Below, in pieces: positions 13,111 through 27,973 of a stretch of DNA of 64,000 bases (positions are counted from its first letter, which is position 1; each line of letters opens with the position of its first letter). The DNA comes from Octopus sinensis (taxonomy: Eukaryota), in NCBI RefSeq assembly GCF_006345805.1, contig NC_043003.1, positions 59,396,001-59,460,000 of the forward strand, written 5' to 3'. A program made the position numbers and the translations under genes. A model generated the notes under the pieces. The model saw only the letters and a list, made by a program, of their open reading frames with translations, had not been told where the DNA came from and ran no database searches.

Positions 13111-13609
13111 AGAGTGTATAATGATTTATATACAAAGAGAAAACCCTTGACAGGGCTTCTTATATGCTAAAAAGGGCAGTTCAACACAAACCACGAAAAA
13201 AATAATTCTAAAGTGACGCCGATAATGGTACTAGACTAAAATATATTATTATTAGTTAATCCGATACTCGAGATTCCCTATTAATGACCGAATAAATTAA
13301 TTTGCATCCGTAGTTCATCTCTAAATCAATGCATGATTATTTCGCTTAATACGTACAGAAAAAAACACATGCGATCCCACTGATCGCAAATTAATGTACT
13401 CGGTCATTAATGACAAATTAATGTACTCGGTCATTAATAAGGAAACTCGAGCATGGGGTTAACTACGAATAAGTTTTTTTTCATTTTAGTACTATTATCG
13501 GTGTGCCTTTAGAATAAATTCTTCCGTGGTTTGGAATTAACTGCCTATCTTAGCATGTAAGTAGTCCTGTCAAGGGTCTTCTCTCTGTATGTAGATCTTT
13601 ATACACTCT
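13111..13609. mobile_element. Foldback/MITE-like element with imperfect inverted arms of about 200 bp in a TA context
   Basis: agagtgtata...cccttgacagg...attaatttgc mirrored by caaattaat...cctgtcaaggg...tatacactct; internal 27-bp tandem duplication at about 13387-13440. Confidence 0.8.
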
Positions 13610-14091
13610 TTTATATATATATATATATACATATGTATATACATATATTGAATTCGTTTTGTCAATGTCGTTTTTATTTCTACACCACACTCCTTATATT
13701 GATTTTGTCAATTTTATTTTGAGTACCCAAGATATGAAGTAAACCAGTTTAATTGATATATTTCTAAAACGAATAACGCACGAATTATCTAAAGATTGAG
13801 ATAAGTTAGTAAGTTATAAGCATCAACCTTCTAGGGCATCAATATCTTTATATGATGTCAATCTATAAGCTGTAGATGTACGTGTGTAGAGAAGAAACAC
13901 ATTAGTCGTAAGTGGCACGTTATGTTTTGAAAAGAAGTGGAAATGAGGCATATGCAAACGTGAATACATACATTGATATATTTGCGTATGAGTGCGCGCA
14001 GATAAATAAGTTAATGTAAATATTTATATGTAGGAATATTACCTGTATAAATGTGTGTGTATATATATGTACATACGTATGTGTGTATGCC

Positions 14092-16014
<1,923 letters not shown>

Positions 16015-16139
16015 TTTTAAGATACTTATAATTTATTTGTCAACAATAATAACGATTTTCTCAAGTTTGTTGTGTATGATTCTTAATGTATGGGAATTGA
16101 TTATCTGATTTATTTTCAGATTGACTATTCTGTTTGAAA

Positions 16140-16760
16140 ATTAGAAGCACTACAGACATGGTCCGATCTCTTTTGAAATATCCTTTAGAGTGATGAAGTG
16201 GTATTCCATATCGGGGGTTTGTGAACCCTCACAACTGCTACTACTGGGCTGGAGAGAATCCTCGTATTACCTCTGATAAAAGCAGAATCAGCAGAAGGTT
16301 ACGGTATGGTGTGGAATGACTTCAGACAGGATTGTAGGTCTTTTCATCCTTTGCAGTACCATGAATTCTGAAAGCTACCTCATCGTGCTGCAAGATGAAA
16401 TGTAGCCAGCTATCAGCACTCGGGAGAATATTGAAGATTTCATGTTTGCGCAAGGTGGCGCTCCTGCATATTTTGCTATTGTTGTTCATAAATGGCTGGA
16501 AAATTCCCACTTCCCTCAGAGATGGATGGATCGTCGAAGTCAGCATGATTAGCTGGTCAGAAGCCCTGATTTCACACCCTTCGACTTTTTCTTTGGGGCT
16601 GGTTAAAGGAGCAAATCTACTCTAACAAACCCCAAAATTCGGAAGAACTTGAAAGGCGAATACGCAAGAGTTCCTAATGAAACCGGTTGAAGCGGTTCCC
16701 GGGCGGGCTGGGGAACTGGTGGCGAATGCTGCTGCCTATATGGAATTTTAAATAAAACTC
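16140..16760 (+). mobile_element. Decayed Tc1/mariner transposase fragment, DD41D (rosa)-like
   Basis: SDEVVFHIGGFVNPHNCYYW, KVTVWCGM, QGGAPAY...FPQRWMDR...SPDFTPFDFF; spacing about 41-42 residues. Confidence 0.75.
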
Positions 16761-16799
16761 CATGCTTTCTTCATATTTTTCTTACCAGTTTCAGTTGAA

Positions 16800-17335
16800 A
16801 GCTGTGGCCATGCTGGGGCACCGCCGTTTTGCTACACTGTTATTATTGAGAGCCTCCACTGATTATTGATATTTGGTGAATAAGGGAGTTTGATGTCACT
16901 ACTCTCATTTACGCCTCCTGTCGCGAGGTAGGTACATCTGGGACTCTCGATAGGAGGAGATACAGTTATTATTTGAAAACACCAGCATCCACTTTGTGTA
17001 GGTCTCCCTCTTTGGGAGAATATTAAAAAGATCTGGGCCCCTGAAACCCAGGCTGTTGCAGTAACTGGTCCTGAAGCGCAACGGCATTGCTGGGATCTTT
17101 GGCATTGTGCAGTAGCGACAAGGTCTGGCATTTGTGTAGCTTTCAATGCCAAAATTTGGCACAATCCCTTCCAGGATCTTCTAGATGTATTTTACTGCAT
17201 AACTTTCCCGCCTTCGCTCTAAAGAGTAGAGTCGTAGCTGCTTCAGCCTTTCCCAGTAGCTGAGCTGTTGCAGTGAGACGATTTTCTTTGTGAAGCTTCG
17301 CTGGATTGCTTCAAGATCCCCTGTTAATTATATAT
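16800..17335 (-). mobile_element. CR1/L2-type LINE 3' remnant
   Basis: LEAIQRSFTKKI..LSYWERLKQLRLYSLERRRE..KILEGIVPNFG..NSLGFRGPDLFNILP; same family as 3737-4168. Confidence 0.85.
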
Positions 17336-17823
17336 TTACTTTTTCTAAAAATTATAGTTAATAAATAAATTATTAGTATTTTAAAATAGGGAGTTACTTT
17401 TCAATACCCCTGCGTATTTATATGTACGTACATAAAACTAAATTTTAAACTGATATGAATATATCTTTATATTTTATTCGCTCACAGAATAAAGAAGAAT
17501 GTTTGACATGCATTTTTCTGTTCATACAGCAATCAGGAGTTTGCAAGTAATTCTCTGATCTTTCAATCCACAAAGAGAGCTCACAAGAATTAATAAATTT
17601 AATTTAATTCCACACAAAAAAAGAAATTATTTGGAATAACTAGACAAATTAGCACGTAGCGCATTTATTAACGGTATGATTATGTAATTAGCATCTTTTT
17701 ATGTACAGTATAAACTAGAGTTTTTCACGAATCCTCTGTGAATGACTAATCAGAAGTAAATAAACACTGTTCTGATTCTGACTCAAAGAATAATATACGA
17801 TTTTACCCTGACATGTTTTTTAG

Positions 17824-17841
17824 CGCATTGGTCACTCCTCA
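17824..17841 (+). CDS. Candidate 18-nt microexon CGCATTGGTCACTCCTCA
   Basis: ctgac branch-like motif, T-tract, TAG acceptor; donor CA|GTGAGT; frame-preserving and open in all frames. Confidence 0.3.
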
Positions 17842-18290
17842 GTGAGTAAAAAATACTTCCATCTTTTTCCATCGCTACTTAAATCAAACACAAACCAGAA
17901 AGTTACACACACACAGATACACACACACATACAAACTCATACACATACATATATATACATTTTTTTATACCCATAGATTTATTACAAAAAATTAGACCTT
18001 CCCATACATCTTTGTACTCTACTACTCTTTAGTGTATTTTATCTTGCCTTATTTTATTATATTTCATTTCACCTTCCTTTACCTTCCTACCTTCTACTAA
18101 CTGCGCTACTGTTATCTTACTATATGTATGACATAATGTAATATTGAATATATGTATATAAATATAACTTTAAAATGAGGGTGAAACATTGGATGTTGAT
18201 TTAATTAACATGAATTTAACACCAGTGGTCTAGCATATAAAAATCAGAAAGTTCAGTAAATTGTATTATATACATAAGAGAGGGATGACC

Positions 18291-18440
18291 ACTATGTGAG
18301 CAACCCTTATGCAAGAAGAAGAACCGCTATGGTCTTACCTCTAAGAAATGATCTGGTGTTTGCTAAATTTTTCGTGAGAACATTTCTTAGCGGTAAGACC
18401 ATAGCGGATCTACTTCTAGCAGAAGAGTTTTCCACATAGT
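18291..18440. repeat. 150-bp hairpin/MITE
   Basis: 27-bp core stem 18324-18350 / 18381-18407 with one mismatch; imperfect extension to about 60 bp. Confidence 0.85.
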
Positions 18441-18654
18441 ATATGTATATGTATATACATATATATATGTATATGTATATGTATATACATATATATATGT
18501 ATATGTATATGTATATACATATATATTTATATATATATATATATATATAATATATATATGTAACAAACATTTGTGACTCTGTTGGTTATTCTGAGGTTGT
18601 TAAATCTAATTGAGATAAATGAATAAAAGGAAACGAAATTTTAGATTTTTAGTA

Positions 18655-19601
18655 TATTGGAGTTGGTTAGCAACATGTGTCTCACCTGACAGACAGTTAA
18701 TAAAAATTTCAAGCAATCTATGCCTCATGTCAGGAACAATTCCTTACTGACTATATGATCAAGCATTTGTCTGCCCCTTGTGTATGCTCCTTCGTTTGAT
18801 AGTTAAAACTTCCTCGTCACGAATTTGTGACGTGGAAGGTTGTATTTTGTGTGTTTCGGATTATCTTGAGAATGGAGAGCTCAAAAGAACATTATCGGCG
18901 CTGCAAACTTGTTTTACTTTAAAAGAGATACCAAATTGACGCAAAACTTCAGAGAGGTATGTGATATTTGTGCGGAGGGGAGTTTATTACGGAACAATTG
19001 AGCCCGATGTAGTTTTCAAGATGTCGATCGGGAAATTTTTCGGTTCAAGACACACTTTAGTCTGATAGGCCAACTGAGATTAATAGCGACAACAAACCCC
19101 GTTATATGACCAGCGGTGTCGCAGATATTTCATAAATATACAGATAGAGTGTTGAAGACCATTTGCATCAAATCCGTTTTGCCAGCATCAGCTGGACAAA
19201 GCTAACATCGCCCAACATATTTCAATTTGCGATTCATTGCAGAAACGTGAGGAAAACAATTCTTTCTAGAAGATAATGTTAACAGAGACGACAAATGGAT
19301 CTTCTATAACAATATAAAGCGCACACAGTGAGAGCGGAAACTCGGGAAACCCCCAGAACCAATATCTAAAGCAGGAGTTGACCTGAACAAAGGTTGTGTT
19401 TTCAGTTTTGTGAGATTAAAATTTTTCACCAGTAAAACCAAGAAGTTTATTAGCATGACCGAATGGATCTGCCCAGGTGATCTGCCCAGAAGTTACTGGA
19501 ACGAAACGGTGATTATATCATCGATTGAATATATCACATTGTGTTTAAAACTTGAGTCTTAAAAAAAAAAGAATCGTACGGATTCTTTGGCTAACCCAAT
19601 A
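18655..19601 (+). mobile_element. Decayed, internally deleted mariner
   Basis: MESSKEH-type start, ..RSGNFS..DRP motif remnants, termini tattgg... / ...ctaacccaata. Confidence 0.65.
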
Positions 19602-20381
19602 TATTGCTCTTTATCTGCAAGAAAGTTCAACTTATTCAGAAAAATATTTATGAGAAATTGATAACGATGTAATAGTCTAAAGATCTATCTATTAATCTAA
19701 TGTTAATATGATTGAAAATTCTAAATTAGAAAGAGAGCCAAGACAATTGAAAAATAAGCCAAATTATTAAACTAAATGAAATAATAGTGATTTAGGGAGA
19801 TGTAGGCGATGTTCGAACTATATCAAAACAATTCTTAAATATATGTCTGACGATGTAGAAATTTCTGGCGTTATCTCCACTGCTTACTTAATATAATTAG
19901 ACACTTTCTACTATAATGTGGATGGAATCCTCTCAGGAATTCATAAATAAAATAGTCCCCAGAGACTAGTTCAGAGGACAAGTTATATTAATATGGAAGA
20001 GTAATGTTTCTCATTTATTTGCAAATATACAGCCACAGGCTGCAATAGGTTCGTATATTAACGCCACCTACTGTCGTCACCGCTGTACATGTGTAAATAT
20101 ACGTGGTGTATACATACAGGTTTGCAACGCAGGCACACTCATAGGGGCATGTCTACTAACATTCGTATATAAACATGCTCACACAAGTATATGTGTGCAA
20201 ACGTTGGTACACACGCATTTGAACAATAGGCACTGCAGCTAGCAAAATGCACGTGCTTCCATGCATAAATCTAATGTAAAAATTGAAATATATGTATATA
20301 TATATGTATATATATATGTATATATATATGTATATATATGCATGTATATATATGTATGTGTATATATATATATATTATATA

Positions 20382-20427
<46 letters not shown>

Positions 20428-20799
20428 TATATTTATACGTATAGGTGTAATATTTATCAGATAAGTAGATGGTGAAATTGAATGAAGATGTAAAAGAAGG
20501 TAAGATGAGTATATACATATGTATGCATGTACATACTTGTGTGTATGCATATAAATATAAACAGATATACATGGAAATGTCACACACATACATACAGAAA
20601 CACACACATAATTGCTTTCAGAAATACCTACATACATGCATACACGCATACATACAAATATGTGTAATTTACGAATATGCATGATAGAATATATGTATGT
20701 ATATATACATACATATATATATATATATATATACATACACACTGACATGCTCTCAAAAGCATATATATGCATTTCTTTTATTCTTATGTGTGTGTGCGT

Positions 20800-20830
<31 letters not shown>

Positions 20831-21331
20831 ATGTGTGTGTGTCTGTGTGTGTGTGTGCAATATATATATTTTTTCATATCCAACAATTTATGTGCGTACT
20901 CTCTTAGCCAATTGTGTATATTAATATTTCTAATATCTCAAATACATACGGAGAAACACACACACACACACTAATGTGCGTGCACATACTATTTTGTATT
21001 GGAGACAGTGTATCCGGTAATACTAGCTTGATCTTCAGCTACGAATAATTAAGATTAAAATTAGTCATGTTGAACGAATGCGTTTTATTATTAAATTTAA
21101 TGTGATAATTTTATTATTGATTGTCCCCCTTACCAACTGGACTCTCTAATTCATGCCATGCAGAAATTCATCAAACTGATAAAGCATCTTGGGAAACCAC
21201 ATTTCTCGTTTGCTTATTCGGATGCATTTTAATTAATTTCTCGACATAATTTCCCATGAAAGATGTATCGGACTGAGAAATCAAAATCAATTCCTTTCAA
21301 TGTCTACCATCGTGTCTTATTTACTTTGAAG

Positions 21332-21479
21332 CCATCCACAGTTTCCATGAAAATTGGAGACGCCTAAACATAAAGAAGCGTCCAGTGTCTGACCCTGGAC
21401 AGTATCGCTTTTCTAGGGACCACAGGAAACATTTTAGAGCCGGGAGAAGATTTACAGACTTTGACATTCACTACATTTG
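21332..21479 (+). CDS. Candidate exon (148 nt, phase 1 to 2): IHSFHENWRRLNIKKRPVSDPGQYRFSRDHRKHFRAGRRFTDFDIHYI
   Basis: Acceptor gtcttatttactttgaAG, a single open frame, donor TTG|GTACGT (frame otherwise continues to a stop at 21570). Confidence 0.3.
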
Positions 21480-22169
21480 GTACGTCCATGTTCCTGAGAA
21501 TCAAGCTGAAAACTCCAAATTTAAGTTTTATTATGTGAAAGAGCATTCAGAGAATCACAATTTAGTTTAAGGGTTCCACTGGATAGTTACAGAAACTTTA
21601 TCTCTGGCAACACCATCCCCAGATTTGTAGCCTTTTCTTTCCCTGGATAATTTCCAAATAACAATTTGTCGAGCTAATTGACATTGGTATTTAAAGAATA
21701 TATTGCTCTTTCAGCTAACCACTCAGACCTGATTCACTTGATAGCAGAGGAAAAGGGTTCAATTTTGAGTTGCTCTAGTTATGTTATTGTTTACTCCAAT
21801 CCCTGAGGAATATTAATGGGGTCATGCTCTGCTACAATGAAGGTCTCTATATCACCAAATTTTACTTATAGCTTTGCAATCTTTACGTATCATTCGTATC
21901 TGATAGGGGGACTATTATGTTAGTGGTGCAATGCTCAATGGCAATGTTGCGTTTATATATCAGGAGCTAGGAATGTACTGACCTCCGGAATGAGGTTTCT
22001 ATCTTACTGGGCGTGGCTACCAGAGACGGCTAAAGAAACTTTCATATTTGCAGGATATGGTTGCCACAGTTACTTAAAAATAGACAGTGACTATGGTTGG
22101 TATTTTGAATAACTTTTACCCTTGCAATCTAGATGTTCTGGTTTTAAGGTAGATATTCTATGTAGCGAC

Positions 22170-22290
22170 GCACAATCGTAAGGTCTTGAGTTCGATTGCT
22201 GGTTGCGCGTTGCTTCCTTGAGCAAAACACTTTATTTTGCGCTGCTCCAGTTCATTCAGCTGGTAAAAATGAGTTGTCGATCTATTACAA
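22170..22290 (+). mobile_element. tRNA-derived SINE fragment (family of 63809-64000)
   Basis: B-box GTTCGATT followed by ccttgagcaaaacacttt...gctccagtt core. Confidence 0.6.
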
Positions 22291-22767
22291 AAGGACCAGT
22301 CTTGAAATAGGATATACCAAATCATGACGTTGGCCGATAAGAAAAGAAATCATTATATTTTGTTGGATACCAAGTTATGATTCTATGGTATACCATGGTT
22401 AAATAGTCATTATAGTGTCATTCACATATTAAATACGATAAAAATATGTTCACATTTACTTTCAGAGCGTTGTAGAAGATATATAATCGCTTTGGGAATA
22501 CATACAGAAATTAATAGACCATATTAATCAACACTTTTATTGTAAAATGCTTTTAAAGATAAACAAAAATTAAACATATTCACTGTTTATTCTTGGCTCA
22601 CCGATCATAAAATCGAATTAAAAGGTTAAGTGGTATTTAAAGGAAATATTGGAAAATACGATGAAGTAATTTTGGCTAATTGTTCCTTGTTGTTCAAACC
22701 GTCTTATAATTACAAACAAAACACGTGTATGTATGTATGTATGTATGTATGTATGTATGTATGTATG

Positions 22768-22802
<35 letters not shown>

Positions 22803-23277
22803 AATGAAACAGGTATGTATATAAACATTGGAAGAAGTGATGAATATCCGTAATCAATTTTCGAATATTATTGAGTTATCAGAGGTGTCTACATTAATTT
22901 GATCAATTCTGATAAGCGTGTACCAGTCTGTTTATATGCTCATCAAATCCAGTAGCTACAGAAGACTTTCGGTACTACTTTTCATACCGAAAGTGTTGGG
23001 AGCTTGTGAATTACATCACAGCCAATACTGTATCAAGTTATGATAATATGCAAACAAACACACAAACACGCACACACTAACACACATACATGCGCGTGCG
23101 CACATGCACACATGTATATATGTGTGTATACATACATACATGCATACATACATATATATATATATATATAAATTCCGCTAAGGAATTTATATCCCTTGTC
23201 AGTCTTTAAGATAGTGCATTTGTGGTGGCAATTGAGTTGTTTTGACTCTTATTTCTAGCAATCCTAGTACCAAATTA

Positions 23278-24521
23278 TCAGGCCATTAAGAATAAAATGT
23301 CCGATTTTCTTCTGCACCAAGGTTTTGTCCTGACAGTTCTTCGTTTTACAACATTGGAGAGTTATAACATCACTTTTCAAATTGCAATTCATGGTGTCTG
23401 ATTATATTGTGAGTTTTCTCTTGTAAATCAATTTTTGTGAACCGATGGATAGATAAAATATTCTTGTTATTTATGAATACGAGCCCCATCGTGGAACCTA
23501 TGTATCCCAGACTGCTCATGAAAGTGATGTTTGGTGAAGATGTGGTAAATGAGCGCACTGTACGTCGATGGTTCGAGAAGTTTCGGTCTGGTGACTTTAC
23601 TCTTGAAAATCAGCCCCGTGGTAGACCCGAAACCAAGATGGATAATGATGAGCCGGAAACTGTAAGTTGGAGCGGATGCATCTCAAACTATGCGAGAATT
23701 AGCAGCAAGATTTGATGCTTCAATTCAAACTGTATTGTAACGTCTGAAAGAAATCGGCAAGCTTCAGAAGGTGAACAAGTGGATTCCACACGAACTGAAC
23801 GGACATCAAATGATACGTCGTCTTGACACTTGCTGTACTTTGCTGTCACGGCATAAAAGCGAACTGTTTTTTGCATCGTATTGTTACGTGTAATAAAAAC
23901 ATGTATTCTTTTCAACAATAGCTGGCGTTCTGCACGGTGGTTGGATAGAGACGAAGCGCCAAAGCACAATCTAAAACAGAATATTCACCAACAAAAGCTA
24001 ATGGTGTCTATTTGGTGGTCCAGCGCCGCTGTCATCCACTACAGTTCATGAGACCTGGTACGTCCATTACAGGGGATGTATACATCAACGAATTGGATGA
24101 AATGATGAGTGACTTTGCAATTAAAAAAACGAGATTAATCAATAGAGACAGACCAATTGTCTTGCAATACAATGCTCGACCACATGTTGCACAAAGAATG
24201 CTACTCAAATTATGGGAACTGAACTTGGAAGTACTCTGAAGTTCACCAGATCTTTCACTAACTTACTCTCAGGTTTTCCAGACAACCTTTTGTAAGGAAA
24301 ACAGTTCAAATATGAAGAATATGCAAAAAGAGCCTTTCGTGATATCATTACCTCTGGCTCTCCAGACTTCTTCGCTGCCGGCATAAATAAGATACCATTA
24401 AATAACAAAATTGTGTTCATAATTTAGGTGCATACTCTGATTAACTATAATTGCTTTTTGTTGAGAAAAATTAAAATAAACTTTCAGTTCAAAATCGGAC
24501 ATTTCATTCTTAATGACCTGA
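23278..24521 (+). mobile_element. Full-length (1244 bp) degenerate mariner with TIRs and TA target duplication
   Basis: TIR tcaggccattaagaataaaatgtccgatttt matched at both ends with 2 mismatches, TA both sides; ERTVRRWFEKFRSGDF, WIPHEL, DNARPH-like motifs; many stops. Confidence 0.92.
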
Positions 24522-25680
24522 TATCAACATCTGTATATATATATATATATATATATATAAACAAACGCGCGCACGCCCACATATACTCACACGTACATAT
24601 TTATGCTCACTTCAACATTTGTCCACTGGAGCCCATTTCATCGCAATGATTTCCAAACCTCCCTTAAGTGTCAGTGCCTCCATCAGCGACTATATTCAGT
24701 AAAATCCTAGGATAAATTCAACAGGCATTTCCCTCTATCGTCTCTGCATTCATTACGCATGAACGGGTACTGCTGCACTCTCTCGAACTAAGCATTAACT
24801 GTGGATGCATAATACGCCGTTCTAAACGAATCCGCAGATAATGGTATAGACTGAATCACACAAGAATGCATCTGCCCATCTGTACGTATATTGATGCATG
24901 TATAATAACGTTCATGAACTACTAGTACCGGCCTTTCAATTGGTGTCACTTTGAGGTTCCAAAACTCCATAATGCCTTCAAATAGCTAAGTTGAGGTATC
25001 ACGATTTCTATCAACTTGCAATAATCCGCTAATTAGTTGGTTGATTCTAGACTCACCGTTGGCTGAAGCGGCTTTCCGCCTAAACTGTGTCGTGTAATTT
25101 CGTCTAATTAAGATCGAGCATCGAATGAAGATCAATACACCCAACTTCATATATGCCATCTACTCCCCATGACCTTGCCTTGCCCTGACTCGACGATTTT
25201 TTATCATGAAGTTAAACTATTCTGGTGCATATAAGAATGTATACAAATATAACAGTAACAATTTAACATTAAAATAAAGAATTACTCATAACTTATTGTA
25301 GCGTATATATTAATATACTTTTACAAGGAGGTGTTAGTGACATCAAAATATCAGCCTACTAGCTTCAATTGAACTGTCGTAGATTTGATTAATTAGGGCT
25401 TCATACAGTCTCCAGTAAGATGCTTGTTTTAAGTAGATGTAGTGATATGGAATAATAATAATGTGTTTTGGAATTGAAGCCAGGGTATAGATGCATATGT
25501 GCAGGATAGAGAAGATAGACGTCAATGTGTATGCAATATGAACGCTCAAGAAAGATATTATAAATGGCTGAATGTTGAAGTGGGATTTGTGTTTATTGTT
25601 CGATTTCAATCAAGCACGTAAAAACTTACTCTCAGGTATGAATAGTTAATGTGTGTCATGCATTTCATGGGCTTATTATC

Positions 25681-25780
25681 NNNNNNNNNNNNNNNNNNNN
25701 NNNNNNNNNNNNNNNNNNNNNNNNNNNNNNNNNNNNNNNNNNNNNNNNNNNNNNNNNNNNNNNNNNNNNNNNNNNNNNNN
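25681..25780. other. Assembly gap (100 N)
   Basis: Direct reading. Confidence 1.
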
Positions 25781-25976
25781 ATATGGGTAAACAAGATCAA
25801 AATGTGTAAACAAGATCAAAATGGGGAACATGAATTACATGGAAAACGAACTTTTGTTGGAAACAACGAAAGAAACAAATAGAAAAACAACTGAAGCAAC
25901 ATAAATAACAGTTCCTTCACCAGTTGTACACTGTTTTGTCTACTCCGCATTTCGAGCACGAAGTTAGTTACAGATG

Positions 25977-26072
25977 GAATAAGTACAAGGCTTACAAAGA
26001 ATAACTCCTGGGGTCGATTTGTTTGTCTAAAGGGTGTGCTCCTGTATGACCGCAGTCAAATGACTGAAACAA
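25977..26072 (+). mobile_element. SINE 3' fragment (family of 30308-30725)
   Basis: gcttacaaagaataa...ggtcgattt...cgcagtcaaatgactgaaac. Confidence 0.7.
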
Positions 26073-26260
26073 CGAATGAAGCAAGCACATATATGTATAT
26101 ATATACAGGTTATGAGAGGTAATGCTTTCAAAAAGGCCCAATGGTGTCAGGTAATGCTGAGTAAGTGCTATGGACACACTATATTTAAGCTCCAGGTTCG
26201 GTGATTATGAGAATGAGGAGTCCACGTAGGTCATATATCAGCATGTGTATATATAAAAAC

Positions 26261-26517
26261 AAATTCAGAATAAGATAAAAATCTAAGGCTGCGAATGATT
26301 TTAGAACATTATAAATAGAAGGTCTTACATCTGTTTCCGGGATATTTTATATATCTCTTCATCGGGGTTGGTATAAAGAGTTGGTTAAGCAATATTTATT
26401 TTAGATCACACTGGCTCCGATGAAAGGATCTATATAATATCCCGGAAACAGCTATAAGACCTTCTATTTATAAATGTTCTAAAATCTTTCACAGCCTTGG
26501 ATTTGTATCTCATTTTG

Positions 26518-26522
<5 letters not shown>
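26261..26522. mobile_element. Palindromic repeat with arms of about 105 bp, each carrying a degenerate hammerhead-like motif (Penelope-like)
   Basis: Arms 26261-26365 / 26417-26522; CCGATGA...atatccc g GAAAC in both arms. Confidence 0.75.
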
Positions 26523-26549
<27 letters not shown>

Positions 26550-26603
26550 CGTTTAAATATTTGTTGTGCAAATTTTTTTACGTGAAGTCGTGTGTTGAAA
26601 CAG

Positions 26604-26846
26604 ATATTGTTATATTTCGGAATGGTCATATTGCCAGTTTAGCCAATAAAGAGAGACACAAATAAGTGAGAAGAAAACAAAGGACCACTGATGCGGTCAC
26701 AGGAGTGTGACGAAAGAACTTTGGCCGAAATAGATTAAGATTAAATGTAAAAAATAAATATCACTGAAGCAAAATAACACCAAATAATAGTGCGTGTGTT
26801 TTATTGGCTTAAACTGGCAATATGACCATCCGAAATATAACAATAT
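26604..26846. mobile_element. Inverted-repeat element (47-bp arms) enclosing a hammerhead-like motif
   Basis: Arms 26604-26650 / 26800-26846; ggacca CTGATGC g gtcac-aggagt-gtgac GAAAG aa CTT tggcc at 26682-26726. Confidence 0.7.
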
Positions 26847-26950
26847 ATATTATACATATATATATATATGGATGCGTGGAGTTCAATCACACACTAATAT
26901 AAATAATATATATATCTATATGGGCATATATACATACTTAAATGTACATA

Positions 26951-26993
<43 letters not shown>

Positions 26994-27718
26994 TTATTTA
27001 TATTCACATATCTGTACAGGACGTCACAAAACGTAAACAATATGAAATAAGGAAACATGAAATCCGAAATACGAAAAACAAAATGAAATACCACCTTTCA
27101 TCAGTTGTCGGTTGCATATCTACACCACATTTCGAGCATTTCACGACAATATGTGCCTTCGAGGAAGCAGTTACTCCCGCAAACCAAAATAAAGTGTTGG
27201 ATTTTTAAGAGGGTCAAAGTTGTTAACAAATATAGGACAGGGAAACAAATAGTGAGGGCTGCTAAGCCACGCGGGCGAAGGAGTCGAACGCTGACGAACA
27301 TTCTTTGACAGTAGAAAAGATAGGAGAGAAGGCAGACAAGAATACGCCTGGTCTGTGCAACGGATCGAAAGAAAAGAAAGATGAACACGTATGAAGAAAG
27401 ATTGACGATGGTCACGTATGGGTAAGTAGGAAGAGGGAGAGAGAGTGATAGATAGTGTCAGATAAAAAACGATGAATGGGAGAAGAATCAGAGAAGGGAA
27501 GAGAGAGGGAAACGAAAGAGGAGAGAGAGATAGAGGGAGAAAACAGAACAAAGAGTAGCATCAAAATTATTAAGATAAACTTATATATATATATATATAA
27601 ATATAATAAAAAATATATATGGATACACAGACGTACACACACAAATAGAAGTGTATATGTACATATATAGAGGCACTTATGTGTATACTGTTTCTCTCTG
27701 TCTCTGTCTGTCTATCTG

Positions 27719-27765
<47 letters not shown>

Positions 27766-27942
27766 TATATTTGTGTTTGCATTTGTGTATACATTGCTGA
27801 TATACAGCCGAAAAATTATTATAAGTAACGGTGAGAAACCACAGTGGTGCTCTAGAATAACCGCAGCCACATACCTGAATCGAATGATGGAATTACAAAA
27901 TTAGATAATATAACCATATATTCATATATAAATATATATATA

Positions 27943-27973
<31 letters not shown>

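Noticed and set aside
27090-27145. Type II hammerhead on the minus strand (GAAA...CTGATGA), similar pieces at about 25915-25955 and 5665-5700
   Set aside because: Stems II and III cannot be paired convincingly
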